62,146 bases of DNA from a virus. Lineage: Duplodnaviria; Caudoviricetes. How positions within the stretch are numbered: the stretch's first letter is position 1; each line of letters opens with the position of its first letter. A model generated the notes under the pieces. That model was not told the DNA's origin. It saw only the letters and a program-made list of their open reading frames with translations, and searched no databases. The stretch covers positions 1-62,146 of IMG/VR virus record IMGVR_UViG_3300033183_000484; one strand, written 5' to 3'. Both the position numbers and the translations under genes were made by a program. Below are positions 16,913-28,583 of this stretch, one piece after another.

Positions 16913-19410
16913 AAGTCAAAATCTGTTGTAATGCCACGTTTCAACTGGAAGCGATGGCTTGTGTAGTCCTGATAGTGACTTGTCTTGCCCACCCGCTCGC
17001 GCAGTTTCAGGAATACGTCTTGGTTGTTGAATTTGTCCGCCTCACGCGACAGCAGGAACTTCCGGGGCATTTCGCGCTCACGGGCGTTCTCAGAGGTGAA
17101 ATCAAACTGAAGGACATGCTCGTCTGAAATCAGCGTATCGTCGGCTGCATAGATACCCGCAACCAGCTCGCGCGCCTGCATCTTCTCGGAGACCGGTTGC
17201 GCTTGGTAGAAGATGACCGCCGTCTGCCCAGACGTGATCTGGCTGCGGCCAGATACGATGATCTGCACCTCAACCTGGTTCACATCCGCCTCGCGCTGTT
17301 TTCCGACGCGAATAACCGGGACCACGATTTCCTGCAGCGACGCACCGCCATGGACAAACCGGCTCCCTGACCCTTTGACCCGCAGGCGGTTGATCGAGTT
17401 CGGGATCAGGACATCGAGGTCGCCCGTGAGGCCCAGCTTGGCCGAGGTGAACTTCTTCATGCCCGCGGTTTCTTCGAGGCCGCGACCGATGACGAAGCGG
17501 CGATTGCGCAGCAGGATTTCTTCGCCCTTAGGATCAGCGACAGCGAAGTCGCTCTCATCAAGCGCTCGGTGCTGATAGAGGAAGCCATGGTCTGCCGTGA
17601 TCAGGATGTTCGAGAAGTTCGCCGACGTCAGTTTGCGGACAAGCTTGGTCAGTTCTTCGATTGCATCTTCCGCAGCCTTGGGCAGCTGGTCCTCGGTTTG
17701 CAGCTTGTCGCCGATCGCGTCGATAAGGTTGTGATAGATGTAAACCACGTCATTGTCACGGAAGAGCTCTTTGCCCTCATCGACCCGCATATCGAGCACA
17801 TCGCGTGCGGACAGAGCCTTCGCGCGGTCGCCTACACGTCCTGTTGCCAAAAGCTTCTCGCGCGCGGCAAGGCCCTGAGTGCTTTCGCCTCCCGAAAGTA
17901 CCGAGCCGCTGCCGTCAGATGCAAAAGACAGCTCCCTGTTCGGTAAAAGTGCCGCCATCCCGAGCTGTGTATAGCTGGGTAGCGCGCTGATCATGGGCTT
18001 CAGTTCCGCATCAAATCGGTTCAATGCTCGGATCCGGCGTAGGCATTCCTCGGCCACCTCGAAGCGCAGGGCATCCGAGATAATGACCACGACCTTCTGA
18101 TCTCGACGGCGGAACTCTGCAGCCTGTTCGACATAGAAAGCGCTCTGGCGTGCGTAGCCGGGGATTGTCCAATCGGTCAGTCCGGCAACCTGATCCTGCC
18201 AGGCGTCGTTCAGCTTCAAGAGGAAGCTATTGGTGTATCGGTTCTCGACCGCCTCGTAGAGTTCTGAAAGCAGCGAGGCATGGCCGCTCCGCTGCATATG
18301 GTAGATGAATTTGCGATAGAGCTGGTCGAGCTTGTACCAGCTGCTAACATACCGCTTCACCCCTTCCGCGGGGCTCGTCATCCCCAGGTTGGCCTCGGCC
18401 AGAGCCTGCTGGAATTCGGTGGCAAAGCCGATCGCCTGATAGATGTCCTCATAGGTGCCATACCAATGGCTTTGCCGGCGTTCGCGCACCCATTTCAGCA
18501 CCTCGGATGCGCTGACGGTTTGGGTCGACATCGCGTGCACCAACTGCCGGATGATGTGGCGGTCGATTTCCTCGAAATGGTCGACGGCCATCACCGCGCG
18601 GAAATCACGCTTGGACAAGTCTTCGGGGATCTTCAGCAAGCTCTGATAGCGCGCAGCCAGCGTCTCAAACGCTTCTTCCCAGTGGCGGTTGTTCTTCCAG
18701 CGCCGGAAAACCAGAAGCGCCTCGGCGTTCAGCTTACCATCCTCGCCCAGCGCTCGCAGATAGGCCGACTGGAAGAGCGCGATCGCGAAGTCTTCAAGAT
18801 CAGGCTGGTCCGGCTGATAACCATAAGCATTCCCAACCTGCTTCCAAAACACCTCAGTAAGGCCGGATCGCTCAATGAGCCGCATCGCATCTTCACGGCC
18901 CTCTGCTAATTCGCCCAAGAGCGCCTCGACAACCGTATCAAGCCCGCCCTCAGCACCAGCGCAAACCGCCAACATGCGCAGTCGAACCTGCGACTGGGTA
19001 TCTGCCGCATGCAAAAGCCGTTTCAGCTCCGCCACACGCGCCTTGGAGCGGTAGAACTCCATGTGATCACGCACGACGCTTTCGAACTGTGGCGGCAGGC
19101 CCAACTCACCCAGCCAGATGCCAGCTTGATCCGCCTTGAACACCGCCGTTGCCAATTGCAGGTCCAGAAGCCAGTTCGCCGCATTCCCGGGCTCTGGCCC
19201 ATCATGGAACACCAAAAACTTCGTTTTAGGCTCCTGCCGCAGCATCCGGTGCTTTAACCCGAACTGGTTGTTGGCGATCTCCACCTTGGTCACGCCCGAT
19301 AGCTCGACGTCGTCGAACTCCCCCCGCATGTCGCGCGCGGCGTCATACCAAAAGACGATGCGATGCTCGTCAAAAAGCCGTTCTAGACTGGCGGTGATCC
19401 GATCAGTCAT
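16909..19410 (-). CDS. pglZ: BREX PglZ phosphatase/phosphodiesterase
   Basis: SDALR, LPSYTQLGMAALLP, TADHG and FVHGG motifs. Confidence 0.95.
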   Translation of the reverse strand: MTDRITASLERLFDEHRIVFWYDAARDMRGEFDDVELSGVTKVEIANNQFGLKHRMLRQEPKTKFLVFHDGPEPGNAANWLLDLQLATAVFKADQAGIWLGELGLPPQFESVVRDHMEFYRSKARVAELKRLLHAADTQSQVRLRMLAVCAGAEGGLDTVVEALLGELAEGREDAMRLIERSGLTEVFWKQVGNAYGYQPDQPDLEDFAIALFQSAYLRALGEDGKLNAEALLVFRRWKNNRHWEEAFETLAARYQSLLKIPEDLSKRDFRAVMAVDHFEEIDRHIIRQLVHAMSTQTVSASEVLKWVRERRQSHWYGTYEDIYQAIGFATEFQQALAEANLGMTSPAEGVKRYVSSWYKLDQLYRKFIYHMQRSGHASLLSELYEAVENRYTNSFLLKLNDAWQDQVAGLTDWTIPGYARQSAFYVEQAAEFRRRDQKVVVIISDALRFEVAEECLRRIRALNRFDAELKPMISALPSYTQLGMAALLPNRELSFASDGSGSVLSGGESTQGLAAREKLLATGRVGDRAKALSARDVLDMRVDEGKELFRDNDVVYIYHNLIDAIGDKLQTEDQLPKAAEDAIEELTKLVRKLTSANFSNILITADHGFLYQHRALDESDFAVADPKGEEILLRNRRFVIGRGLEETAGMKKFTSAKLGLTGDLDVLIPNSINRLRVKGSGSRFVHGGASLQEIVVPVIRVGKQREADVNQVEVQIIVSGRSQITSGQTAVIFYQAQPVSEKMQARELVAGIYAADDTLISDEHVLQFDFTSENAREREMPRKFLLSREADKFNNQDVFLKLRERVGKTSHYQDYTSHRFQLKRGITTDFDF

Positions 19411-22400
19411 CCTTTGCCTCCAGCCCGGGAATCTTCTTCAGTGCCTCGCCGAATTTCGGATAGTTCGCCTTCACGCCGTCATCGAGGTCGATCTCGATCT
19501 TGGCCTGCGCCAACGGGAAGACGACATCGAGCTCCCATTCGTTCAGCTCGTCGATCTGTTTGGCGATCACGGCCATGTCCTTCAGCGCCTTGGTGCGCTG
19601 GCCCTGGCTGGCGCTCGGATCGTCAGACAGCTTTTCAAGTCGGCCGCGCTCCGCTTCCAGCTTACTGATGAACTCGCGCAGGTAATCGTTGAGCAGCACG
19701 GACACCGTGTCGGGCCGATACCGGTGCATGTAAATGAGCGCGTTGAACGTCCCCTTGGGGCTCGAGAACATCCAGTAGATCGGGCGCTTCTTGTAGCGTT
19801 TGACGTGATCGGCGTAGAAATCCTTGGTGAACCACTTGCGGATGTCCTTGCCGAGCGCGTCCTCGATATAGCGCAAGTTCTCTTGGAAATGCGTCTCGCC
19901 GAAGGTCACGCGCAGGAACAGGCGGAAGCGTTCGGTGATGTCGTCAGGGAACCAATCGCCGTCAAGCACGGGAATGACGTTGTCCGCGTCCGGCATGAAG
20001 CTGGGCTCTGGGATGCGGGCAAGGTAATCTTCCAGCCGCTCGCCCTGATTGGCGAGGATCAGCCCCGGCGCGTCGAGGCTGTAGCGCCCGAACATGCAGC
20101 CCACGGCATAATGCAGGAACTCGGCCATGGTGTCGGCGCGCAGGCGGGTTTCGCGCTCACCTTCCGTGCCCTTCACGCCATAGCGATAGGCGGGGTTGCA
20201 GGTGAGGGTGATCTCTTCCAGCGGCACCTCGGGGGTCAGCTCGTCCTGCAGACCATAGGCGTCGATGAAGATGCGGTTGTTCTCTTCCTCAAGGGCCTGC
20301 ATCTCGTCTGTCATGGACTGCCAATGGGCGCGGAGCGTGGCATAGCTCTCCGCCAGCGTCTCGCCACGATGATCGGGCGAGAGCAGCGGGAGCGTGGTGA
20401 AATCCCAAGAGGTTTCATAGGCGTCCCAGTCGGATTTCGCCAATTCAACCAAATCAGAAACGGTGGCCCCGCCACTTGAAGGTTCAATAAACGGAAGTTT
20501 GGCTATTGTCCCAGAATTGTAGTCCAAGGTGGGCGCAAGGAAGGTGAGCAAGTGATTTGCGACCTTAGAATTTGTCATCGCGATAATGGATCGCCGAATC
20601 GCTTCATCTTCGTGAAAAATGCATTGCCCCTTAGTGTCGAATACAAAGCCTGGCTCATTCCACCTCATTGATATGCTGCCAATTGTAAGGGCTGACCAGG
20701 TCACAGACGGTTTGAAATAGTGTCTTATGTTCTTGATCGTGCGAGTTGGGCTGCCGTACAGTTCTGCAGCAAACTCCAGCAGTTCTTTGCCGTCGTTTTC
20801 CCAGTTTACAACGACAAAGTTGTTGCCGAACCAGCGTCGAAAAGGTCCACCCTTATTGTAAGGAAACCATTTCTTTTGTGACTGTCTGGCCGATACGTGG
20901 TTCTTGTGACCAAAGCCAATGCGGCATGACTGCACCTCATGCCAGTTTCGCAAGAAGCGATCGTTGTCGCTTGTCGCCAACCCTTGGCGAGGGGCGGATA
21001 CATCTCCGAGTTTCTCTCCCTTCTCGAATACCTCCTGGACGTTGCTAGAGGCCCAATAGGCAATCGGTTGACTGGGGATTTTCTCAAATTGCAGAGCAGA
21101 TGCGGTGTATTTATAAGTGCAGCCTTCGTTCTGAATTCCTTCTCTTAGCTTTATGGGCTGTGTCGATGCGCCCCAAAACTCTTGAAGATCAAAGTAAACT
21201 CCCGACGCAGATCGATCCGCAGTTTTTCGCAAGCAGAAGCAACAAATTGGCACTGCTGCTGACTCAAAAAATGAATGATACTGTGGGCGTACAAGAGAGG
21301 TAATTGAAAAGCGGCTCAGGATCTCAGTTCTAAGAGCCTCAAACGATGCAATGAACATCCAAACAAACGGTGTCATTAGCCCAACCAACGCCTTGTCTGT
21401 TGACAATTTATCGATCCTAAGCATGAAGCAGGAAAACAAGTCTCCTTTTGCGAGACCAAACTCCGATTTTGCAAAATCAGCTAGCCGACCATTCATCCCT
21501 TTCCCGCCCATATACGGCGGGTTGGCCACCACCACGTGATACTTCGGCGACAGCGCCTCGGCCATGCGCAGCACAGCCACGACGCGCGCCTGCACGTCCT
21601 TCAGCAGCAGGTCCGCGCCGAAATCCCGCGCCTCGACCACCCGTAGCGTCTCGGCAGGATCGCGGAGTTTCGGCACGATCAGCGAGCCGAAGTTCTTGGC
21701 CTGCTCGAACTGGCCCAGCGTCTCGCGCAGCTCATCGGTGAACAGATCCTTGCCCACCACTGCGGCCACGTCCTGCATCTCGGCAGGCGTAAAGCTCACA
21801 TCCTGCAACACGCAGATGTCAGGCTTTGCCTCCATCCGCAGAAACCGCCGCCGCCCCAGCTTCGCCGTCGCCTTCATCGCCAGCGCAAAGGCCGCCAGTG
21901 CCCCCGCGCGGTCGTCGATCTCGACCCCCGTCAGGTTGTGCGTCAGGATCAGCGCAGGGATCTCGGTCGCGTCATATCCCTCCTCCTCGTAGATGGCGTA
22001 GAGCAGGTCAAAGGCATAGGTCAGCATGTGCCCCGAGCCCGCCGCCGGATCGCAGATGCGGATCTCTTCGGGGCGGGTGATCTTCAGGAAGTCCGTCTCA
22101 GGCTCTTCCGGCGCGATGTAATAGTCCATACGCTCGGCCAGCTTCGACCCAGGACGGTTCAGCAGCCAGAGCCGCCCCAGCGAGTTCTCCACCAGGTAGC
22201 GGACGATCCAGTGAGGGGTGAAGAGCTGCGTCGCGGCGGGGATGTTCTCGGCCGTGATCTTCTGGTTCTTCTTCAGCCCCGCGAAGACCTGGTCTTTCTT
22301 CTCCGAGATGTAGAACTGGTAGAGCCAGCCGATGATCTCGACGTCCTGACATGCGTCCTCGGTCATAACCATGCGCAGTTCGGCCAAGATCGAAGTTTGC

Positions 22401-22906
22401 GACAGCAAATCTTCGGGCATCAGCAGTTCGGTGTAGTCATCCAGCTCCTCGAACAGGAAGGGCATCGGCCCGTGCCACTGGTTGCAAGCATGCACCAGAA
22501 GCTGTCGGTAAGCTTCCCCCTGCGGATCAGAGGACGGCGTGCGGCCATCAAGCAGCGCCGCGATGCTGCCGGGCGCGCCATCGGGCAGGTTACCCGCCAT
22601 CGCCTCGGCAAGAATTTCTGGCCGTGTTTGCCCTTCTGCTGGGGATACAACACCAACCGTCGTGTAGCCATTGGCATCCATGAAACGCAGTGCGGTGAAA
22701 CGGTTGAACCAGGTGTAGGCCACCTGCTCGATCATCTGCACCTTGCCATCCCGCGCGATCGCAGTATCAAGCTCTTTCATCGCCTGCGGATGCTCCCGCC
22801 GCGCGGGCGAGGCCGGATCAAGCACAAGATCAAGCTTGGAGCGGACCTGATCGATCAGCAGATTTCGGGCCGCTTGGGCAAACTTCTTCAGCGCGTTCGT
22901 GTCCAT
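19403..22906 (-). CDS. pglX: BREX adenine methyltransferase PglX/BrxX
   Basis: ATQLFTP, DPAAGSGH (SAM binding), NPPY, KKRPIYW, DLDDGVK.NY. Confidence 0.95.
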   Translation of the reverse strand: MDTNALKKFAQAARNLLIDQVRSKLDLVLDPASPARREHPQAMKELDTAIARDGKVQMIEQVAYTWFNRFTALRFMDANGYTTVGVVSPAEGQTRPEILAEAMAGNLPDGAPGSIAALLDGRTPSSDPQGEAYRQLLVHACNQWHGPMPFLFEELDDYTELLMPEDLLSQTSILAELRMVMTEDACQDVEIIGWLYQFYISEKKDQVFAGLKKNQKITAENIPAATQLFTPHWIVRYLVENSLGRLWLLNRPGSKLAERMDYYIAPEEPETDFLKITRPEEIRICDPAAGSGHMLTYAFDLLYAIYEEEGYDATEIPALILTHNLTGVEIDDRAGALAAFALAMKATAKLGRRRFLRMEAKPDICVLQDVSFTPAEMQDVAAVVGKDLFTDELRETLGQFEQAKNFGSLIVPKLRDPAETLRVVEARDFGADLLLKDVQARVVAVLRMAEALSPKYHVVVANPPYMGGKGMNGRLADFAKSEFGLAKGDLFSCFMLRIDKLSTDKALVGLMTPFVWMFIASFEALRTEILSRFSITSLVRPQYHSFFESAAVPICCFCLRKTADRSASGVYFDLQEFWGASTQPIKLREGIQNEGCTYKYTASALQFEKIPSQPIAYWASSNVQEVFEKGEKLGDVSAPRQGLATSDNDRFLRNWHEVQSCRIGFGHKNHVSARQSQKKWFPYNKGGPFRRWFGNNFVVVNWENDGKELLEFAAELYGSPTRTIKNIRHYFKPSVTWSALTIGSISMRWNEPGFVFDTKGQCIFHEDEAIRRSIIAMTNSKVANHLLTFLAPTLDYNSGTIAKLPFIEPSSGGATVSDLVELAKSDWDAYETSWDFTTLPLLSPDHRGETLAESYATLRAHWQSMTDEMQALEEENNRIFIDAYGLQDELTPEVPLEEITLTCNPAYRYGVKGTEGERETRLRADTMAEFLHYAVGCMFGRYSLDAPGLILANQGERLEDYLARIPEPSFMPDADNVIPVLDGDWFPDDITERFRLFLRVTFGETHFQENLRYIEDALGKDIRKWFTKDFYADHVKRYKKRPIYWMFSSPKGTFNALIYMHRYRPDTVSVLLNDYLREFISKLEAERGRLEKLSDDPSASQGQRTKALKDMAVIAKQIDELNEWELDVVFPLAQAKIEIDLDDGVKANYPKFGEALKKIPGLEAKDD

Positions 22907-25900
22907 CAGACAATCACCTTCTTGCCCGAACGGATCTGCTCCAGCAGGGTCTTTTTCATTTCTTGGACGTATTGTTCGACGTCAGCCTCTTCGGTCAGGT
23001 AAGGCTTGGTGAAACCCACCTTGATTTCGGAAGCGTTGACATAGGTCGGCTGCGGCGCGGGTGCCGGGTCTTCGCCCATTCCGGGGTTCGGTTGCGCCGG
23101 CGCTGCAGGCCGGCTGAGTCGCTCAACCTCTGCCAAAATGCGTGGCAACAGGTCGAGCTTTGCGCCATTCGCCCGATCGCGCAGGATCGGGATCATCTTG
23201 ACGCTGTCGAGCCCGGATTTGTGGCTGTCGATGTTACGCTTGATGTGGGCTTGGTCGTCTGCCGATAGCGCTTGAAACTCGGGCGTCTGTGTGACCTTGG
23301 CCGCGCAGTCCTCTACCGCCGCGATCACAGCTTTGCGTTCTTCAAGTACGGTCAGCTCTACGCGGTCTTTCAGCCCATAGAGATCGGATTTCAGGGACTG
23401 GATTGCCGTGCCCTAATAGCAAGCGGGATCCGCCAAGGCGCGGGCCAGCGCCTCTCCCGCCGCCGCATCCACATAGGAGATGTTCGCTTCCTGATCGCGC
23501 AGGAATTCGCGCGCATCGTCATAGATCTCGCGCTGGGCGCCGCCCATGAAACTGCGGATTTTGTCGAGGACTTCCTCCTTGGCGTCGAGCAGGTCATCTT
23601 CCTGTGCCGCAGGCTCGGTGATGTACCAAGTGGCGGGCTTACCCACCATTGCGACAATCTTTGTCGCCAAGGGTTCGAGCGCCACGACAAACGGATACTG
23701 CGCTTTCTGGGCCTGCATCTTACCCAGATCTTCTGACAGAGTCCGCGTGCTCTCCAACCATTCCGCGCCGATCGTCCGCGCGTCAGTCCCATCCGATGGC
23801 AAGTCAAACAGCTCCTTGTAGAGCTCTTTCGCCTTCCGGATCTGGGCAGAGGTGAACTCGGTCTGCGGGGTAAGCAGGATATTGGCCAGGGCATGGCTGT
23901 TGTTCAGCGCCTTGGCGAGTTCTGCACGCTCAAGCACAGTGCCGTCCGAGCGGGCTTCCAGCTTACCTTTGCCGGAGAGACTGGCAGCGAGGCACAAAAT
24001 AGCTGTCGTCGGCCAGCCATAGGGTTTGCCACCAAAGCGTTCAGTGAGATATTTGACCGAGACCTTCACGCCGTTGCGGGCCTGCGACTGGACGTAGTTC
24101 AGAACATCCTGCTCGGCCTCTGTCAGCCCTTCGCCATTATTGCCGAAAAGCCCGCTTTCGGGCGTTGCCGCCTTGAGGATGTCTGCCTCGGCATAGGTTA
24201 CGCCTCGCAGCATCGGCAAGTTGACATAGACCTTGTCAACAAGGCCCTGGAAGCCTTTCACGATCCGATCCTGGGGCTCCTCCCCACCAATGTCGAGCTC
24301 ATCGCCCCGCACGAACATCCGCGCCTCCGCCATGAGCTTACGCAGGCGCAATTCGAGGTCCTTGGAGCGCCGGCTGTTTTGATCCCCCTTTTCGGCCACG
24401 ATGCGATCACGGCCCGGCTGCTGGGAACCCGCACGCGCTTGGCGGATGAATTTGTCCGTCTGTTTGAAGAGCGTCAAATCGCGGATGAACCGCACATCCG
24501 GCTGCAACACCACCGCCAGTTCTTCACGGCTCATGTTCCGCATGCGGACAGCTTCAGGTGATGCCACATCATCGTTAAACGGACTGATCACGTTGATGGA
24601 GAGTTCGTACTCCCGGCCCAAAAGGTGGTCATCGAGCTTGCGGCTGAAGCTGTATTCGTTGCCAGTGGTCAGGTGCTTGATCTTGCGGTGACGCAGGATC
24701 GTATCGAACGCCAGCGTCTCCATTTCCTTGGAAAGCTCTGAGGGGTCGACATCCAGCGCCTTGATTTCCGCTTCGACGTCTTTTTCTTCGTTCGTCAGGA
24801 ACTCATAGACCTCGCCATTGCGCTGAATGAGCGTGTTGCGCTCAAGGAAGGACAGCGCCTCCTCGATCTTGCGCCGCTGCTTGACCTGATCGGTGTCGAA
24901 CTCGGAGAGCAGCAGCACGCTGATGTTGCGCACCGTCGGCTTGAACTCCTTGACGTATTTCACAAGGAAGAGGGCCTTAAGGACACGGACCGCGAAGGGG
25001 TCGATGTCCTGGATTTCCTTCTCGGCAATCTGGATTGACTGCTGGACGGCGGATTTCAGTGCCGTACGGATGCCCTCGAACATGAGATCAAAGGTGGCAA
25101 GACCACCCACAGGTTGGTCTGCCATCTTCTTGGCGACCTCTTGGAACACGCCCAGCATTGAGCGTTCGCCGACCGAGCTGTGCTTTCCCTCAAAGGCGTT
25201 GTGCTGCGAGAGCGACGTGATCGCCATCTGGAACAGCATGTATTGATACGGAGGGAACGGGTAGCTCGAGACGAAATGGGCACGCCCATCAAAGTTCTTC
25301 AGCTTGATCGACCCGTCCGTGAAATCAAACAGGGTCTTGAGGTTGTTCTCCTCGCGGTCGTGCAAGTTGCCAAGCCGCACCTGGCCTTCGTCTGTCTTCG
25401 ACAGAAGGCGGCGCTGGATGACCTCAGCCACATCAGCCGAGTTCAGCGGCATCTTCACACCGAAGCGTGCCATGATCTTCGAGAAGTCCTGCGACTGAAA
25501 CGCCTTCCCGTCCCCGATGATGGCTTCCATGTCCTGCTGTGAGGTCACGATGACCCAGGCCTGGCCTTTGCACTTCGTGTTCAGGCTTTCGGCAATCGTC
25601 TGCAGGTTCGTCATCAGCTTGACGTTTTCGGCTATGTACTGGCCTACCTCGTCCACGAAGAAGTTCAGCCGGAACTTCGGTGCCTGCTTATCTATCCAAG
25701 CCTTCACCTTGTTGGCAAAGTCCTCGATCGAAACGCGGGTGTCGGCGCGGTACTGGCCCAGAATGTCTGCGGCATCTGCCGGATCGCCGCCTGTCACGGA
25801 AGCAAAAGCCGTGGCGATATTTTTGCGCTCGAGCGCTGCCTGTTCACGGCCGCGCTCCCAAGGCTTACCGGCAGCGGCCGCATAGGCATCCTTAAACGCT

Positions 25901-26427
25901 GCCAGCTGGTCGCGATCATCAAGGTCGCGCTCAAACTGCGCGATATGGGGCAGCTTGCCGTAATAGCCGCAGGCCTCGTCAAAGACCTTTTGGAACACGG
26001 AAAGCAGTGCATCGACATCGGTCTTGGAGATAACATCCGCCTTCTGGTCGATGTTGAACAGGATCGACTTTGACGGCACGGAAACTGCCTTGCGCAACGC
26101 GCCCAAAAGCATGGGCTGATCGGTCAGCTTCTCTTCGAAAATGTCAAAGGCCCGCGTGCCGTCGACTTCCCGGTTTTCCATGAGAAGGGCGAGCATCTTC
26201 AGCAGGTGCGACTTACCCGAGCCAAAGAAACCAGAAATCCAGACCCCATTGGCGGTGTCATAATTGTTGTAGGCATCAAGGAAGGTCTCGAGGCGTTTAC
26301 CGATTTCATCGGTGATGACGTACTCGTCGAGCTCGATGCGCAGGCTCGCTTCATCGTCGGCCTTGATCACGCCATCAATTGGGCGGTCAACGGGCTTGGC
26401 GAAAATGTTTCTCAGAGCAGTGGTCAT
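22906..26427 (-). pseudogene. brxC: BREX BrxC P-loop ATPase interrupted by a single in-frame TAG at 23413-23415
   Basis: GFFGSGKS, VDEVGQY, YPF.PYQ. Reads ...DPACY*GTAIQSLKSDLYGLKDRVELTVLEERKAVIAAVEDC... continuously into ORF 22906-23328; full length would be 1173 codons. Confidence 0.85.
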
Positions 26428-26431
26428 CGGG

Positions 26432-27034
26432 TCAGACCTCGTAGTTCAGAATGTTAAAAGCGCGGTAATATTTGTCGTCATGCAGCAGCCCAAAGAGATC
26501 GAGGGATCCCCCCGTCGCTGTAGAGTGGGTGTAGCTGCCGGGAAAGAACAGGACCGTCGGCTTGTCCTTGGCGGTGCTCTGCAGGTTGTTGAGCACATTG
26601 TGCGAGCGGATGTACGGGTAGACCTCGCCCACGCCAGATAGGAAAATCACGTCATGCGGCTGGGCGGCGATCGCTTCCGCAATTTTCGGGATTAGGTGCT
26701 CATGGACATCGAGAACACCCTGCAGCAGCTCGCGCAGTTCTGACTTTTCCATGTCAGGCTCTGCAGCCAGGACATCCTCTAGGATGCCCCGCTCTTCCAG
26801 GAGCCCGAGCGAAATGTCGTATAGGTTGAGATCGAGCGCGGTCACGCCCGCATGCGCCATCCGCTCAATCAGGTCGAGCCGGTCCTCGATCATCGTCAGG
26901 CCTTCTTCGGCCGGAAACGGGCAGATGAAAAACGGCACTTCATTGCCCAGTCCCTGTTTCGTCAGGAAGCGCTCGCTGGTAATGACCCGATACAGGTGCT
27001 CGGCGCGTTCTTTGCGCGTCAATTGCAGGCTCAC
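26432..27034 (-). CDS. brxB: BREX BrxB (DUF1788)
   Basis: GLGNEVPFFI, GVGEVYPYIRSHNVLNNL, FFPG.Y, YYRAFNI. Confidence 0.92.
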   Translation of the reverse strand: MSLQLTRKERAEHLYRVITSERFLTKQGLGNEVPFFICPFPAEEGLTMIEDRLDLIERMAHAGVTALDLNLYDISLGLLEERGILEDVLAAEPDMEKSELRELLQGVLDVHEHLIPKIAEAIAAQPHDVIFLSGVGEVYPYIRSHNVLNNLQSTAKDKPTVLFFPGSYTHSTATGGSLDLFGLLHDDKYYRAFNILNYEV

Positions 27035-27672
27035 GACGGACCTCCTTCGATCACAACACCCGGGAATACGGCCAGATCAGCTGGGTTGGTCGCTTCAATC
27101 AGCCCGCGCAGCTGTGGCGAGAGGTAACTCGACTGGATCCGGTTTTCTTCCGAGATAATTCCAACGTCTCGCATGGTCTTGAACACGACCTGCCGGAGGC
27201 GAACGCGTGTGGAGGCAGAGGTTGAGGCCAACGTGTCATCCCACTCGGCTTTATGCTCGAAGAACAAATCGAAACTGTCGGTCGACAAATCCAGTTGATA
27301 GGCGAGATACCGGTCTTGCACGATTTCAAATGTGAACTCGCGCACCAACCGGTAGGCACGGCAAAAGGAAAGCCAAATGAGCAGCGCTTGATCTTGCCGA
27401 TCGGCACGCTCAACCAGGAAACGCACCTCGTCCTCGGTCAGCGTTTCGAGACGATTGACCAGTTCCCGGAGTATTCGACGCTTTGACTTCTGCTTGGGCG
27501 ATGATGTGAGGCCATCAGCCTGCAACTGGGAGATCGTGACATCCCAGTCGCGGGTTTCCAGATAGCTCGCTGCAAGATCGATGCATTCGTTCAAGAAAAG
27601 TCCCCCGGAGGTGAAGGACATCTTGTAGGGCTGCTTTGCCACGAACTCTGCTTGCCGTGCCGCCATGGTCAT
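27031..27672 (-). CDS. brxA: BREX BrxA (DUF1819)
   Basis: YKMSFTSGGLF start, E...RL..L motif; position before brxB. Confidence 0.88.
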   Translation of the reverse strand: MTMAARQAEFVAKQPYKMSFTSGGLFLNECIDLAASYLETRDWDVTISQLQADGLTSSPKQKSKRRILRELVNRLETLTEDEVRFLVERADRQDQALLIWLSFCRAYRLVREFTFEIVQDRYLAYQLDLSTDSFDLFFEHKAEWDDTLASTSASTRVRLRQVVFKTMRDVGIISEENRIQSSYLSPQLRGLIEATNPADLAVFPGVVIEGGPS

Positions 27673-28583
27673 CCAATGACCTCGTCACGGTTGAGAAGGA
27701 CAATCTGTTGGTCTTGAGGACGGCGCGCCGCCGGGTCAGTATCCAGTCCTAGCCGCTTCAGCGCATAAAACAGCAGTGCGCGGCGGACAGCGATCTGGGC
27801 CCTGCCCTCCTCCATGCCGTAGTCCATCTCGATGGCACGGCGCTGGTTTTCCGAGAGGTCTGGATGCGGGCCGATTTCTAGAACAACTTCTGTGTGCCAT
27901 GCTTGATCAGCGCTGGGCTCAGCGGTCACGGGCCCCTGCTCACCCACTTCGACGATCCGAGATAACAAGAAGTCCTTGAACACCTGATCGTTCTGACAGA
28001 ACGCCCGAGCATGCCAGCGGAACCCGTCAAAGGCCAGTGCATGTGGTTCAATCCAGCGCTCACTTGGCTCTGGCCTAGACATGGACTGATAAGTTACCAA
28101 AAGCGCTTTCTGTTCACGAATTGAAGCAAGGACGTCCCGAAGTATTTCGTGATCAACTCCTCGAGCAGGAATAGGTGTCGCCGCATAACCAGGAAAGAAG
28201 CTAATCCAGCTCTGTTCTTCAGCGACTAACCCATGTTCAACGGCTTGAAGTTGCGCGAAGTATTCCGCGGCGTCGGGTTGAAAATACCGAGGCTTGAAGT
28301 TCTTGCCTCGTAGATAGGTGCGAAGGCGCTTATCGTAGGTGAGATTACTTTTGCGGCCTTCGATGTAATTGGTCAGATCTTTGGACGCTTGCTGAATAGA
28401 GATGCCAAATGCCTCCATCAGATCGCTTCTGTTTATATTACCTTGCCAATACAATCTAAACTCAATGAACTCGTAACGTCGCTCAACGTTCCAATTCATT
28501 CCCTTTTTAATACTACGCCGACTCATGCCATCCCCTGCATGGTACATCGCCCCATTTAGTCCGTCTACTTTATAGATTGACAC
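27669..28583 (-). CDS. brxR: WYL-domain transcriptional regulator (BrxR-like); true start probably near 28526 or 28499
   Basis: wHTH (INRSDLMEAFGISIQQASKDL) plus WYL (YQSMS..RWIEPHAL..GFRWHARAFC..FKDFLLSRI); ATGA-coupled to brxA. Confidence 0.85.
   Translation of the reverse strand: MSIYKVDGLNGAMYHAGDGMSRRSIKKGMNWNVERRYEFIEFRLYWQGNINRSDLMEAFGISIQQASKDLTNYIEGRKSNLTYDKRLRTYLRGKNFKPRYFQPDAAEYFAQLQAVEHGLVAEEQSWISFFPGYAATPIPARGVDHEILRDVLASIREQKALLVTYQSMSRPEPSERWIEPHALAFDGFRWHARAFCQNDQVFKDFLLSRIVEVGEQGPVTAEPSADQAWHTEVVLEIGPHPDLSENQRRAIEMDYGMEEGRAQIAVRRALLFYALKRLGLDTDPAARRPQDQQIVLLNRDEVIG

Noticed and set aside
23413-23415. Pyrrolysine or alternative genetic code at the brxC TAG
   Set aside because: TAG ends another gene normally here (31865) and no recoding machinery is visible; mutation or sequencing error is simpler.
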